Shown here in pieces: positions 37,611 to 47,485 of a stretch of 64,000 nucleotides of DNA. Below the pieces are notes generated by a model. It was not told the origin of the DNA. It saw only the letters and a program-made list of their open reading frames with translations, and made no database searches. Both the position numbers and the translations under genes were made by a program. This DNA comes from Alphaproteobacteria bacterium (GTDB lineage: Bacteria > Pseudomonadota > Alphaproteobacteria > MPNO01). The DNA lies in contig CBDFLJ010000002.1 in NCBI GenBank assembly GCA_965248835.1, positions 1,664,001 to 1,728,000 of the forward strand, written 5' to 3'. Within the stretch, counting starts at the first letter, position 1; every line of letters starts with the position of its first letter.

Positions 37611-38672
37611 ATGTCGCAGGCTCGAGACGGCGCCGCGCAGGCGGCGGACAATGTGGAAGAGATCCGGCTCGGCCGCTGGCGTTCCGTGGAGGAAGCGCTG
37701 CAGGCCGGGCTGGCGAACCACTGGTACGCGCTGGTCCCGGAGAGCGAACTCGTGGGCAGCACGCCGCTTGCCCTACGGCGGATGGGGCTGGACCTCGTCC
37801 TGTGGCGCGACGAGACCGGGGCGCTCCACCTGTTCGACGACACGTGCGCCCACCGCGGGGCCAAGCTGTCGCTCGGCAAGGTGTTCGGCCAGACGCTGTG
37901 CTGCTGCTACCACGGCTGGACCTATGACGGGACCGGGCAGTGCGTTTCCATTCCGTCCGAAGGCGGAGCCTGCGATCTGGCCGGCGATGCCAGGGTGCGG
38001 ACCTATCAGGTCGAGGTCCATGGCGGCTTGATCTTCGCCTATATCGGGGATGAAGGCCGACCGCCCGATCGCCCCTGCCCCAACCCGGTCGAGCTCGACA
38101 GTCCGGATTGGAGCGGATTCATCATCCCGCACTATTGGCCGGGCGTGACGTGGTTCCGGGTTCTGGAGAACCTGGTCGATCCCATCCACGCGCCGTTCCT
38201 GCATGCCGGGACCTTCACGATGGGCCATGGCGCGCTGCAGGACGTGATTTCGGTCGAGGATCGGCCGGACGGCCTGTTCGTCGCGCGCGAGGGCCAGAAG
38301 CTGGTGAGCTTCGATTACAGCATGTTTCATTTTCCCTGCTGGTTCGACGTCGACGTCCCCTATCTCTGGTCGGCCGGGCCCGGTGGGGTGATGCGGGTGC
38401 TGATCTTCGTCACGCCGATCGACGGCGAGGCCACCCAGGTCTACATGGTCCGCAAGCGCAAGATCACCGGCTGGAAGTGGTGGATCTGGTGGGTGCTGTG
38501 GCAGATCCGGCTCAAACGCAAGATGTGGCAGGTCATCGACGGCGACGTCGCGGTGCTGACCTCACAGCGCGGCCGTAAGGCGCTGGACAACGAATATCTC
38601 GCTCAATCCGATCTCGGCATCGTCCGCATGCGCCGGATGTTCATCGAGGCGATGGACAAACAGGCCGGTTAG
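37611..38672 (+). CDS. Rieske non-heme iron oxygenase alpha subunit
   Basis: CAHRG..CCYHGW, ENLVDPIHAPFLH. Confidence 0.9.
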   Translation: MSQARDGAAQAADNVEEIRLGRWRSVEEALQAGLANHWYALVPESELVGSTPLALRRMGLDLVLWRDETGALHLFDDTCAHRGAKLSLGKVFGQTLCCCYHGWTYDGTGQCVSIPSEGGACDLAGDARVRTYQVEVHGGLIFAYIGDEGRPPDRPCPNPVELDSPDWSGFIIPHYWPGVTWFRVLENLVDPIHAPFLHAGTFTMGHGALQDVISVEDRPDGLFVAREGQKLVSFDYSMFHFPCWFDVDVPYLWSAGPGGVMRVLIFVTPIDGEATQVYMVRKRKITGWKWWIWWVLWQIRLKRKMWQVIDGDVAVLTSQRGRKALDNEYLAQSDLGIVRMRRMFIEAMDKQAG

Positions 38673-38748
38673 CCGAAAAGATCATATGCCGGCGACAAGC
38701 GGACCCCGCCATATGGCGAAGTCACCGCCGGCTTGCTAAGCTCGCGCC

Positions 38749-39768
38749 ATGGGGCAGACGGCATCCGATGTCGACTTCGAGATCGCGGGGCTTACGCTCG
38801 AGCGCGGCAAACGTGCGCGGACACGGCTGCGGACGGTCGAGCTTGCCGACGGGACATCGGTCGAGCTGCCGGTGATGGTGGTCCGCGGCGCCGAGCCCGG
38901 CCCGGTCTTCTATCTCGGCGCGGCCTTCCACGGCGATGAAATCGCCGGCACCCAGATCGTCGGCCGCCTAGCGAGCGAGATCGACGCCGCGGCTCTGCGC
39001 GGCACGCTCCTGGTCGTGCCGGTGCAGAACCCGATGGCCTTCCAGGTGCAGCACCGCTACTTCATCGGCCATATGCTCAAGTCGCCGATGGACCAGAGCC
39101 CGGCCGATCCGTGGGTTGCATTCCCGGGCAATGCGGACGGCAACACAGCGCTGATCATCGCGCACGTGATCTTCGACACCCTGATGCGTCACGCCGATTT
39201 CGCGATCGACGTCCATACGCCGACCACCGGCGGGCGCTACGCCCCGTTCGCCTTCCTGCCGCCGACCCGCTGCGGCGATGTCGTGCCGGTCGCCGAAGGG
39301 CTCGCGCGTGCGTTCGGCGCCGACTACATCCTGGCCGCCGACAAGGGCATGTACGTCCACGAGGGCAATCCGCACACCGTCATGGGCGAGCGCGGCATCC
39401 CGGCATTCGGCATCGAGCTCGGCGAGGGCGGCCGGGTCGACGGTGAGGAGGTCGCGTATGGGCTGCGCGGGATCCGGAACGTCCTCAGGAAAGTCGAGAT
39501 GCTGCCCGGACCGGTTGAGAGCTTCGGACGGAATATGGTGATCCGGACGATGGACGTGATCCGCGCCCGCCGGGCCGGACTGCTCAAGCTCCACGTCGGG
39601 CTCAACGACGAGGTCGCAGCCGGCCAGCACGTCGCGACCATCACCGATCCGTTCGACCAGGTGATCGAGGAGATCGCCGCACCGCGGCCGGGGCCGGTGG
39701 TCAGAATCGCCACCTTCCCGATCGTCTCCACCGGCGAGCGGGTGGTCCAGCTCGGCGTGCCGCGCTAG
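38749..39768 (+). CDS. Succinylglutamate desuccinylase/aspartoacylase family (M14-like) hydrolase
   Basis: FHGDE, IDVHT, GIELG; C-terminal barrel-sandwich hybrid region. Confidence 0.88.
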   Translation: MGQTASDVDFEIAGLTLERGKRARTRLRTVELADGTSVELPVMVVRGAEPGPVFYLGAAFHGDEIAGTQIVGRLASEIDAAALRGTLLVVPVQNPMAFQVQHRYFIGHMLKSPMDQSPADPWVAFPGNADGNTALIIAHVIFDTLMRHADFAIDVHTPTTGGRYAPFAFLPPTRCGDVVPVAEGLARAFGADYILAADKGMYVHEGNPHTVMGERGIPAFGIELGEGGRVDGEEVAYGLRGIRNVLRKVEMLPGPVESFGRNMVIRTMDVIRARRAGLLKLHVGLNDEVAAGQHVATITDPFDQVIEEIAAPRPGPVVRIATFPIVSTGERVVQLGVPR

Positions 39769-39771
39769 GAC

Positions 39772-41091
39772 ATGGCCCAATCGGCGCAAGCCGAACCGGC
39801 CCGCGCGCCTGCGGATATCATCGAGGCGATCCGCTGCTCCGCGGAAATCGCCGCGGATTTCGCCGCGCTGACCGGATGCGGCGGCCGGCTGGTCGGCTCG
39901 GACAGCGAACGCGCCGCCCGCGCGCTGCTGGAGACGCGGCTGGCCGCCATCCCTGGCGTCGAACCCGGCGGCCACGAATTCACCTATCGGCGCTGGGCGT
40001 GCGCGTCCTGCACTCTGGAGCGGACCGCACCCGGCCCCGCCGAGCCGTTCGCTTGCCATCCGCTGATATGGTCGGGCGAGACTCCGAGCGACGGGATCGA
40101 GGCCGCGGTGATCGATCTCGGGCGCGGGGCACCGGATGACTTCCGCGCGGCGGGCGGGCGCGTCCGCGGACGGTTCGCGCTGGTGCGCCACGAATACCCG
40201 TTCGCAAGGACCACCATCCACCGGCGGATCAAATACGCGCTCGCGCTGGAACACGGCGCGGCCGGCTTCATCATCGCCAACCCGATGCGGGAAGCCGGTC
40301 TGGTAACGGGCTCCTGCGGCCGCGACGAGCCAGACAACATCCCGGGCATCGGCGTCGGGTTCGATACCGCCGAAGCACTCGCACAAGACGGGGCGAGAGT
40401 GCGCCTGCGGCTCGCCAACACCCGTTGCGACGCGGTGGCCAAGAACCTGATCGCCGAGGTGCCGGGGCAAGGTCCGGGATGGGTGGTGGTCTCGGCGCAT
40501 TATGACGGGCATGACCTGGCCGACAGCGCGCTGGACAACGCGACCGGCGTGGTCGCGGCGCTGGAGATCCTGCGCCGGTTCGCCCGCCATGTTCGGACGC
40601 TGCCCCGCGGCCTGCGGGTCATGCTGTTCACCGCCGAGGAAAGCGCGTTGCTGGGCTCGCGGATCTACGCCGACGCGCTCGACGAGGACGCACGGCGCGC
40701 GATAACCGCCGTGATCAACCTCGACACCCTTGCCGGCAGCGAACATTTCACCTGCCTGACCAGCGGGTTCGCCGATCTCGATGACTTCGTCGCCGGCACG
40801 AGTCTCGGCCTCGCCACACACCGCCCGCTGATGCGCAATTCGGACCACTTCAACTTCGTGCGCCGCGGCATCCCGGCGCTGCGACTGATCGCCGGATTCG
40901 ACGATCCGGATGCCGGCGCGCGCCATCTGCTGACCTCGGCCGACAGCGCCGGGCGGGTCCGGGAGTCGGAGCTGCGCCTGGGCGCGGTCGTTGCCGCCGA
41001 ACTCGCCTGGGCGGCGCTCAAGGCCGAAGCGCCGGTCGCCCGGCATATGAGCGCCGAGGAAACCGCGCGGCTGCTGGCCCAGACCGGTTAG
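39772..41091 (+). CDS. M28-family metallopeptidase with PA domain
   Basis: SAHYD, DNATG, AEE, NLD, SDH. Confidence 0.85.
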   Translation: MAQSAQAEPARAPADIIEAIRCSAEIAADFAALTGCGGRLVGSDSERAARALLETRLAAIPGVEPGGHEFTYRRWACASCTLERTAPGPAEPFACHPLIWSGETPSDGIEAAVIDLGRGAPDDFRAAGGRVRGRFALVRHEYPFARTTIHRRIKYALALEHGAAGFIIANPMREAGLVTGSCGRDEPDNIPGIGVGFDTAEALAQDGARVRLRLANTRCDAVAKNLIAEVPGQGPGWVVVSAHYDGHDLADSALDNATGVVAALEILRRFARHVRTLPRGLRVMLFTAEESALLGSRIYADALDEDARRAITAVINLDTLAGSEHFTCLTSGFADLDDFVAGTSLGLATHRPLMRNSDHFNFVRRGIPALRLIAGFDDPDAGARHLLTSADSAGRVRESELRLGAVVAAELAWAALKAEAPVARHMSAEETARLLAQTG

Positions 41092-42785
41092 GCGACCCAC
41101 TCGCTGACCGGGGCGGAAGCCTCGTGCAGCGGCTGGCAGAGGATGTCGACCAGGCTCGGACCGGGATGCGCGATGGCCTGGCCCAGGGCGTCGGCCAAGG
41201 CGGCCGGCTCGGTGACGCGCCACGATCTGATTCCGTAGGCCTCGGCAACCCTGGCGTGATCGGTGCGCGAAAAATCCACCGAGAAATAGCGCCCGCCATA
41301 GCCCGACTTCTGCCCGGCCTTGATCCAGCCGAAGCTCGCGTTCGAGATCACCACGAGGCTCACCGGGATGCCCAGCCGGACGATCGTCTCCATCTCGCCC
41401 GCGGCAAAGCCGAAGCTGCCGTCGCCCATCACCGCGACGCACTTGGCGCCGGGCCGGCCGAAATGCGCACCGACCGAGGCCGGCAGGGCATAGCCCAGCG
41501 CGCCGTGGGCGCGGTTGGACAGGAACTGGCGGCCGGAGCGGTCGAATTGGTAATAGGCCGAAAGATAGGGGCACGGCGTACCCGGATCGGCGATGACGAC
41601 CGCATCGCCGGGGAGAACGGCCTGGAGGGCGGCGACCACCCGTTCGGGCCTGATCGGCCTGTCCTGCGACCGGGCAAGCGTATCGAAGGCCGCGAACTTC
41701 TCGTGCTTGCGCGCGGCGACGAATGCCGCATCCAGCCGCCCTGCCCTGCCGGTCGCGCCGCGGAGGGCAACCCCCAAGGCCTCCAGGCTCAGCCTGGCAT
41801 CGCCGAGGACTGCCGCGTCGGTGCGGTAGTTTGCCCCGATCACCGCCGCGTCGGTATCGATATGGGCGATCGCGGCGGCACCCGGCGCCGGATGGCGCCA
41901 GCGTTCGGTGGTCACCGACCCGGCCCGGCAGCCGACGAAGATCACTAGGTCGGCCGCCTCGACGATCGCCCGCGTCTGCGGCGTGCCGCCGTTGCTGCCG
42001 ACCACGCCGACCGCAAGCGGGTGGCTGTCGGCGATGCTGCCCTGCCCGCTGATGGTGGTCGCGACCGGCGCCCCGAGCCGTTCGGCGAGCCGGCGCAGGG
42101 CGTCCTCGGCGCCGGCGATCACAACGCCGCCGCCGCATATGAAGACCGGAGCGGAGGCGGCCCCGATCACCTCGGCCGCGCGGGCGATCGCATCGGGGTC
42201 CGGCGCGGCCCGACGGGCCGGATAGCGACCGAACGTCTCGTCCGCCCAGACATCGGCCTCTTCGACCGGATCACGCTGGACGTCATAGGGCAGGCCGATA
42301 TGGGCGGCCCCCGGGGTGCCGGTGGTCATCGCGGTGAAGGCCGCGCGCACGGTCCGCGGGATGTCCTGGGCACGGTCGATCACCGCGTTCCATTTGGTCA
42401 GCGGGCGGTACAGCGCTTCCTGGTCGAGCTCGGTCAGGGTGAACCGCCCGCGTGAGGACACCGAAATGTCGCTGGTGATCGCAAGCACCGGGATCGAAGA
42501 CTCGTTGGCCTCCACCACCCCGGGCAGCATATAGGTCGCCCCGCCGCCGGACGGCCCCTCGCACACGCCGACCCGGCCGCTGACCCGGGCGTAGGCATCG
42601 GCCATGTAGGCGGCCGAGCGCTCGTCGCGGGTCAGCACATGGGTGATGCCGTGATCGAGTCCGGCCAGCGCGTCGTAGAGCGGCAGGCTGGTGTCGCCGC
42701 ACAGGCCGAAGATCACCTCCACCCCGTGATGCTGCAACATCCGGACGGTCGCTTCCGCGCCGGAGAGCCGATTGGTGTCCCGCAT
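41088..42785 (-). CDS. Acetolactate-synthase-like TPP enzyme
   Basis: RDERSAAYMADAYAR, GDGSFG..SN. Confidence 0.9.
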   Translation of the reverse strand: MRDTNRLSGAEATVRMLQHHGVEVIFGLCGDTSLPLYDALAGLDHGITHVLTRDERSAAYMADAYARVSGRVGVCEGPSGGGATYMLPGVVEANESSIPVLAITSDISVSSRGRFTLTELDQEALYRPLTKWNAVIDRAQDIPRTVRAAFTAMTTGTPGAAHIGLPYDVQRDPVEEADVWADETFGRYPARRAAPDPDAIARAAEVIGAASAPVFICGGGVVIAGAEDALRRLAERLGAPVATTISGQGSIADSHPLAVGVVGSNGGTPQTRAIVEAADLVIFVGCRAGSVTTERWRHPAPGAAAIAHIDTDAAVIGANYRTDAAVLGDARLSLEALGVALRGATGRAGRLDAAFVAARKHEKFAAFDTLARSQDRPIRPERVVAALQAVLPGDAVVIADPGTPCPYLSAYYQFDRSGRQFLSNRAHGALGYALPASVGAHFGRPGAKCVAVMGDGSFGFAAGEMETIVRLGIPVSLVVISNASFGWIKAGQKSGYGGRYFSVDFSRTDHARVAEAYGIRSWRVTEPAALADALGQAIAHPGPSLVDILCQPLHEASAPVSEWVA

Positions 42786-42788
42786 CGC

Positions 42789-43766
42789 TCAGGGAATCAG
42801 AATGACCGAGCCCGTGGTGCGCCGGGCCGCCATGTCGATATGGGCCTGGGCGGCCTCGGCCAGGGGATAGGTGTGACCGATCCTGATCTTGACCGCGCCC
42901 GTGCGCACCACCTCGAACAGCGAGTCGGCGAGGTCGAGGAACTCCGCCCGCGTCCGCGTGTAGTGCGGCAGGCTGGGATGGGTGAGGTAGACCGAGCCCT
43001 GCGGCCCGAGCCGCCGCGGATCGACCAGCGGCGGATCGCCCGAAGCCTCGCCGTACTGGGCCAGGACGCCGCGCGTCGCAAGGCTCGCAAACGAGCCTTC
43101 GAAAGTGTCCTTGCCGACCGAGTCGTAGACCGCCTGGACCCCCTGCCCGTCGGTGATCTCGCGCACCCGCGCGGCGAAATCCTCGCGCGCATAGACGATC
43201 GTGTGGTCGCAGCCGTGGGAAGCGGCAAGATCCGCCTTCTCCTCGGTGCCGACGGTGCCGATCACCCGCGCCCCGACCGCCTTGGCCCACTGGCACAGGA
43301 TGAGCCCGACCCCGCCGGCGGCCGCATGGACCAGGACGGTATCGCCGGGCTGGACCGCATAGGTCCTGCGCAGCAGGTAGCTCGCGGTCATCCCCTTGAC
43401 CATCATCGCCGCGGCGGTGTGCTCATCGATGCCTTCGGGCAGCGTCAGGGTGCGGGCGGCCGGGGCGATTCGGGCCTCGGCATAGGCCCCGTCGCCGCCG
43501 CCCTGAGCGACAACAAGCTGGCCGACCGCAAGCCCCTCGACCGCCTCGCCCACCGCCTCGATCACCCCCGCACCCTCGACGCCGAGCGCGGCCGGGAACC
43601 CCTCGACCGGATGCTGGCCGATCCGGCGGTAGATATCGCGGTAGTTCACCCCGACCGCGGTCTGGCGGATCAGCACCTGGTCCGGTCCGGGGGCGCCGAG
43701 ATCGACATCCTCCAGCTTGAGGACCTCGGGACCGCCGAGCTTATGGAAGCGGATCGCCCTGGTCAT
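42789..43766 (-). CDS. Quinone oxidoreductase (Qor-like MDR)
   Basis: GGPEVL, HAAAGGVG, VYDSVGKDT, TTGSVIL. Confidence 0.92.
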   Translation of the reverse strand: MTRAIRFHKLGGPEVLKLEDVDLGAPGPDQVLIRQTAVGVNYRDIYRRIGQHPVEGFPAALGVEGAGVIEAVGEAVEGLAVGQLVVAQGGGDGAYAEARIAPAARTLTLPEGIDEHTAAAMMVKGMTASYLLRRTYAVQPGDTVLVHAAAGGVGLILCQWAKAVGARVIGTVGTEEKADLAASHGCDHTIVYAREDFAARVREITDGQGVQAVYDSVGKDTFEGSFASLATRGVLAQYGEASGDPPLVDPRRLGPQGSVYLTHPSLPHYTRTRAEFLDLADSLFEVVRTGAVKIRIGHTYPLAEAAQAHIDMAARRTTGSVILIP

Positions 43767-43907
43767 CCGGGTGACCCCGCGACGGCGTCGCTTCCGGGTA
43801 TCGTCATCGGCGTCCTGCTCCCGTGCCGGTTCGGCGGCCAGAATGTCGGAATTGACCGCCAGGGTCTATCGCCGCACCGTCCGACCTGGGAGATTGGCCG
43901 CCGAATC

Positions 43908-45311
43908 ATGACAACAGCCCAGGAACAGCCTTCCGAGACGCCCTGGTCGGAGATTTTTTTCGGCCGTTACGGGCTCTATACGTTCCTGCTGGTCCTCGGC
44001 ATGTCGCTCTACGCGGTCAACCAGTTCGTCGTCGCGACGATCATGCCTTCGATCGCTGCCGATCTCGGCGGGGTGGACTACTACACCTGGTCGTTCTCGC
44101 TGTTTGCCGTCGGCGCCATCGCAGGCTCGGCCAGCGCGGCCCCGCTGCGCGCGGCCTGGGGCATGAGGCGGGCCTTCGCCGGCGCCGGCGTCGTGCTGGG
44201 GATCGGGCTCGCCGGCGCGGCGGTCGCGGGCGACATGCCGAGCCTGGTCGGCTGGCGACTGGTCCAGGGGTTCGGCGGCGGCGCGGTCGCATCGCACGGC
44301 TACGGGCTGATCGCGATCACCTACCCGCCGCGCCTTCAGAGCCGGGCGCTCGGCGTGGTCTCCACCGTCTGGGGGGTATCGACCGCGGCCGGCCCTGGCT
44401 TCGGCGCTATTTTTGCCGAGATCGGGATCTGGCGCGGCGCGTTCTGGAGCCTTCTGGGCTTCGCCGCCTTGTTCTCCGGGCTCGCCTGGCGCCTGGTCGA
44501 GGGCGAGCACGGACATGGCCGGATCTCGCAGATCCCTCTCGGACGCCTGGCGCTTTTGTGCCTGGCCGTCCTGTCGATGAGCGCGACCTCGCTTGCCATG
44601 CCGCCCATGGGCCAGGCCGCGCTGATCCTCGCCTCGATCGCCGCCGCGGCGCTGGCCTTTCTCGGCGATGCCCGCTCCGAGGACAGGATCTTCCCGCGCG
44701 GCGCCGCCCTGCCCACCTCGATGATCGGCGCGGTCTGCTGGATCCTGTTCCTGGTGTCCATTGTGCTCTCGCTGTCCAACACGTTTGCGACCTTCTTCCT
44801 CCAGGCGTTGCACGGGGTCTCGCCGCTTGCGGCGGGCTATATCTTCGCGGCGCAGTCGATCATGTGGACGGTGACCGCGCTTGCCGTCGCCAACGCCCGC
44901 GAAGGGCGGGAGACGGTGTTCATCCTCGCCGGTCTGGTGGTGATGCTGGCCGCCACGGCAGCGATCGCGCTGTTCGTCGATGCCGGCCCGGTGGCGCTGA
45001 TCGCGATCGCACTGGCCTTTAGCGGCGTCGGGCTCGGCGCGCTCAACAACCCGGTGATCCAGAGCATCATCGCCGCGGCCCCGGAGGCGGAAAAGCACGC
45101 CGCGGGCACCTCGGTCCAGACCATCCGCAATATCGGAATCTCTTTCGGCGCGGCAATAGCCGGCCTGGTCGCGGCCGCGGCCGGTCTCGCCGATGGCGTC
45201 GGCCGCGCGGTAACCGCCGCGGCGATGGAATGGGTGTTCGGCGTCGGTGCCGTCTTCGCCGCCGCCGGCCTTGCGCTGGTGCTGGCGAACATGGTTCGAT
45301 CGCGGCGATGA
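43908..45311 (+). CDS. MFS transporter (DHA2-like)
   Basis: C-terminal part of ORF 42639..45311; TIMPSI, RLVQGFGGG, WRGAFW; many TM segments. Confidence 0.88.
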   Translation: MTTAQEQPSETPWSEIFFGRYGLYTFLLVLGMSLYAVNQFVVATIMPSIAADLGGVDYYTWSFSLFAVGAIAGSASAAPLRAAWGMRRAFAGAGVVLGIGLAGAAVAGDMPSLVGWRLVQGFGGGAVASHGYGLIAITYPPRLQSRALGVVSTVWGVSTAAGPGFGAIFAEIGIWRGAFWSLLGFAALFSGLAWRLVEGEHGHGRISQIPLGRLALLCLAVLSMSATSLAMPPMGQAALILASIAAAALAFLGDARSEDRIFPRGAALPTSMIGAVCWILFLVSIVLSLSNTFATFFLQALHGVSPLAAGYIFAAQSIMWTVTALAVANAREGRETVFILAGLVVMLAATAAIALFVDAGPVALIAIALAFSGVGLGALNNPVIQSIIAAAPEAEKHAAGTSVQTIRNIGISFGAAIAGLVAAAAGLADGVGRAVTAAAMEWVFGVGAVFAAAGLALVLANMVRSRR

Positions 45312-45328
45312 CACCGCGGAGAGATCCC

Positions 45329-46333
45329 ATGGCATCGAACGGCATACCGCTGATCGATATTGCGCCGATGCTGGCCGGCGACCCGTTGGGCAAGCGGAGG
45401 ATCGCCGCCGAGGTCGGCGAAGCGCTCGAGACGATCGGCTTCTTCACCATTGTGGGACACGGCGTCCCGCAGGACCTGGTGGACGAGGTCCGCGACATCG
45501 CCTACGCGTTCTTCGCGCTGCCGCTTGAAGAGAAGATGCGGATCCCGCGGCCCAGCACGGCCGCGACCCGGGGCTATGATCCTCCGGCGAACCAGGCGCT
45601 GGCCGCCACCTTGGGAAACGAGTCTCCGCCCGACCTGCAGGAGATGTTCGGCATGGGGGATTTCGACCTGCCGGAAGATCTCTACTACACCGAGGGCCAC
45701 GGCAAAGACTTCTTCTCGCCCAACCTGTGGCCGGAACGTCCGGCGGCGATGCGGTCGAAATTCGAGGCCTATTATCGGGCGCTCGGCGGTATCGGTGACG
45801 AACTGATGCGGATCTTTGCGCTGGCGCTGGGAATCGACGAGTACTATTTCGACGACAAGATCGCGCGGTCGATCAGCCATATCCGCTTCAACAAATACAT
45901 GGCCCAGCCTGAGACCCCGCTGGCTGGCCAGCTCCGTGCCGGCGCCCATACCGACTACGGCACGCTCACCATCCTCTATGGCGAGGACAAGCCGGGCGGG
46001 CTGCAGGCCTTCGGCCCGGGCCGGGAATGGATCGACGTCCGTCCCCCGCCGGGCGCGTTCGTGGTCAATATCGGCGACATGATGGCGCGCTGGACCAACG
46101 ACCGCTGGGTGTCGACGCTGCACCGGGTGGTCAACCCGCCGCGATCCGAAGACCGGGCGGAACGGCTGTCGATCGCCTTTTTCCACCAGCCCGGCCACGA
46201 TGTGGAGATCCGCTGCATCGAGACCTGCCACGGCCCCGGCAACCCGATCGAATACCCGCCGGTGAGGTATGGCGATTACCGCTTCGAGAAGGTGCTCAGC
46301 AGCCGGATCGACGAGGCGGCGGTATCGGCCTGA
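45329..46333 (+). CDS. Isopenicillin-N-synthase-family 2OG-Fe(II) oxygenase
   Basis: IPLIDI, GFFTIVGHGV, AHTDYG, NIGDMM, LHRV, RLS. Confidence 0.92.
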   Translation: MASNGIPLIDIAPMLAGDPLGKRRIAAEVGEALETIGFFTIVGHGVPQDLVDEVRDIAYAFFALPLEEKMRIPRPSTAATRGYDPPANQALAATLGNESPPDLQEMFGMGDFDLPEDLYYTEGHGKDFFSPNLWPERPAAMRSKFEAYYRALGGIGDELMRIFALALGIDEYYFDDKIARSISHIRFNKYMAQPETPLAGQLRAGAHTDYGTLTILYGEDKPGGLQAFGPGREWIDVRPPPGAFVVNIGDMMARWTNDRWVSTLHRVVNPPRSEDRAERLSIAFFHQPGHDVEIRCIETCHGPGNPIEYPPVRYGDYRFEKVLSSRIDEAAVSA

Positions 46334-46450
46334 ACCCGATCAGGTCGCGCGCCGCAGGCGGTCCGGCAGCCTGCGGGCTCAAGGCTTCAACCCGGCGTCC
46401 GGTGCTGTAGACTGGCCGCAACCGACCGGACGCCACCGAGGAGACCCCGC

Positions 46451-47407
46451 ATGCCGCGATTCAAGGACTTCGAGCCGACCGGCGTGATCCCGGCGACGCT
46501 CCTCGCCTTCAACGAGGATTTCTCGATCGACGAGGCCGCGACCCGCCAGCACCTGCGCGAGGTGTGCGCGACCGAGGGGATTTCGGCGGTCGCGGTCAAC
46601 GCCCATGCCTCGGAAGTCCATGCCTGCAGCTTCGAGGAGCAGGTGCGCATCCTGGCGCTCACCATGGAAGAGGTCGGCGACCGCCTGCCGGTGATCAACG
46701 GCGTTTATGCCGACGGCAGCCTGGAGGCCGCACGGATCGCGCGCATGGCCGAGGACGGCGGCGCCTCGGCGGTCCTGGTCCTGCCGCCCCATTCGATCGG
46801 GCTGTTCGACGGCCAGCGCCGCCCGGAGATGGCGCTCACCCATTTCAAGATCATCGCGGACGCCACCGACCTGCCGATCATCGTCTTTCAGTATCCCGGT
46901 GCTTACGCCTACCCGCTGGACACGCTGCTGGCGATGATCGATGCGGTCCCCAGCATCCGCGCGATCAAGGACTGGTCGCCGCCGATGGTCCACGACAAGC
47001 ACATTCGCACGCTCCAGTCGCTGCCGCGTCCGGTCCACGTCCTGTCCACCAACAGCGCCTGGCTCCTGGCCTCGCTGACCATGGGTTGCCACGGGCTGTT
47101 GTCGGGCTCGGGCAGCGTGATCGCCGATTTGCAGGTCGCGCTGTTTCGGGCCGTCAAGGCGGGCGACCTCGAGCGGGCAAGGGAGATCAACGAGCGCATC
47201 CACCCGACGGCGGCCTGCTTTTATGCCGATCCCTCCGGCGACATGCACAACCGCATGAAGGAGGCGCTGGTGATCCTCGGTCGGATGCCGCGCGCGGTCG
47301 TCCGCCCGCCGCTGGTCAAGCCCGATCCCGAGGAGATCAAGCGCATCGCCAAGGCGATGGCCGATGCGGGGATCACCCGCGAGGGCGCGCTGTCCGCCGC
47401 CGCGTGA
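46451..47407 (+). CDS. DHDPS/NAL-family class I aldolase or dehydratase
   Basis: NAHASE, FQYP, IKDWS Schiff-base Lys, VRPPL; RBS GAGGAG. Confidence 0.88.
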   Translation: MPRFKDFEPTGVIPATLLAFNEDFSIDEAATRQHLREVCATEGISAVAVNAHASEVHACSFEEQVRILALTMEEVGDRLPVINGVYADGSLEAARIARMAEDGGASAVLVLPPHSIGLFDGQRRPEMALTHFKIIADATDLPIIVFQYPGAYAYPLDTLLAMIDAVPSIRAIKDWSPPMVHDKHIRTLQSLPRPVHVLSTNSAWLLASLTMGCHGLLSGSGSVIADLQVALFRAVKAGDLERAREINERIHPTAACFYADPSGDMHNRMKEALVILGRMPRAVVRPPLVKPDPEEIKRIAKAMADAGITREGALSAAA

Positions 47408-47485
47408 GAGCCCCGGGCGCACGATGAGCCCGATCGACACAGAGGATCTCGGCTTGGCGCCGGGCCAGCTTGTTGGAAACACGCG

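Noticed and set aside
38968-42138. 1056-aa ORF and many other long overlapping ORFs (e.g. 6327..8153, 51493..53943, 58589..60550)
   Set aside because: Shadow frames of well-supported genes in high-GC DNA; Arg/Gly/Pro-rich with no family motifs
45329-46333. Beta-lactam or other secondary-metabolite gene cluster
   Set aside because: No NRPS/PKS or other scaffold enzyme in the window
46451-47407. Lysine-pathway dapA
   Set aside because: GTTGE pyruvate-binding motif replaced by AHASE; catabolic context
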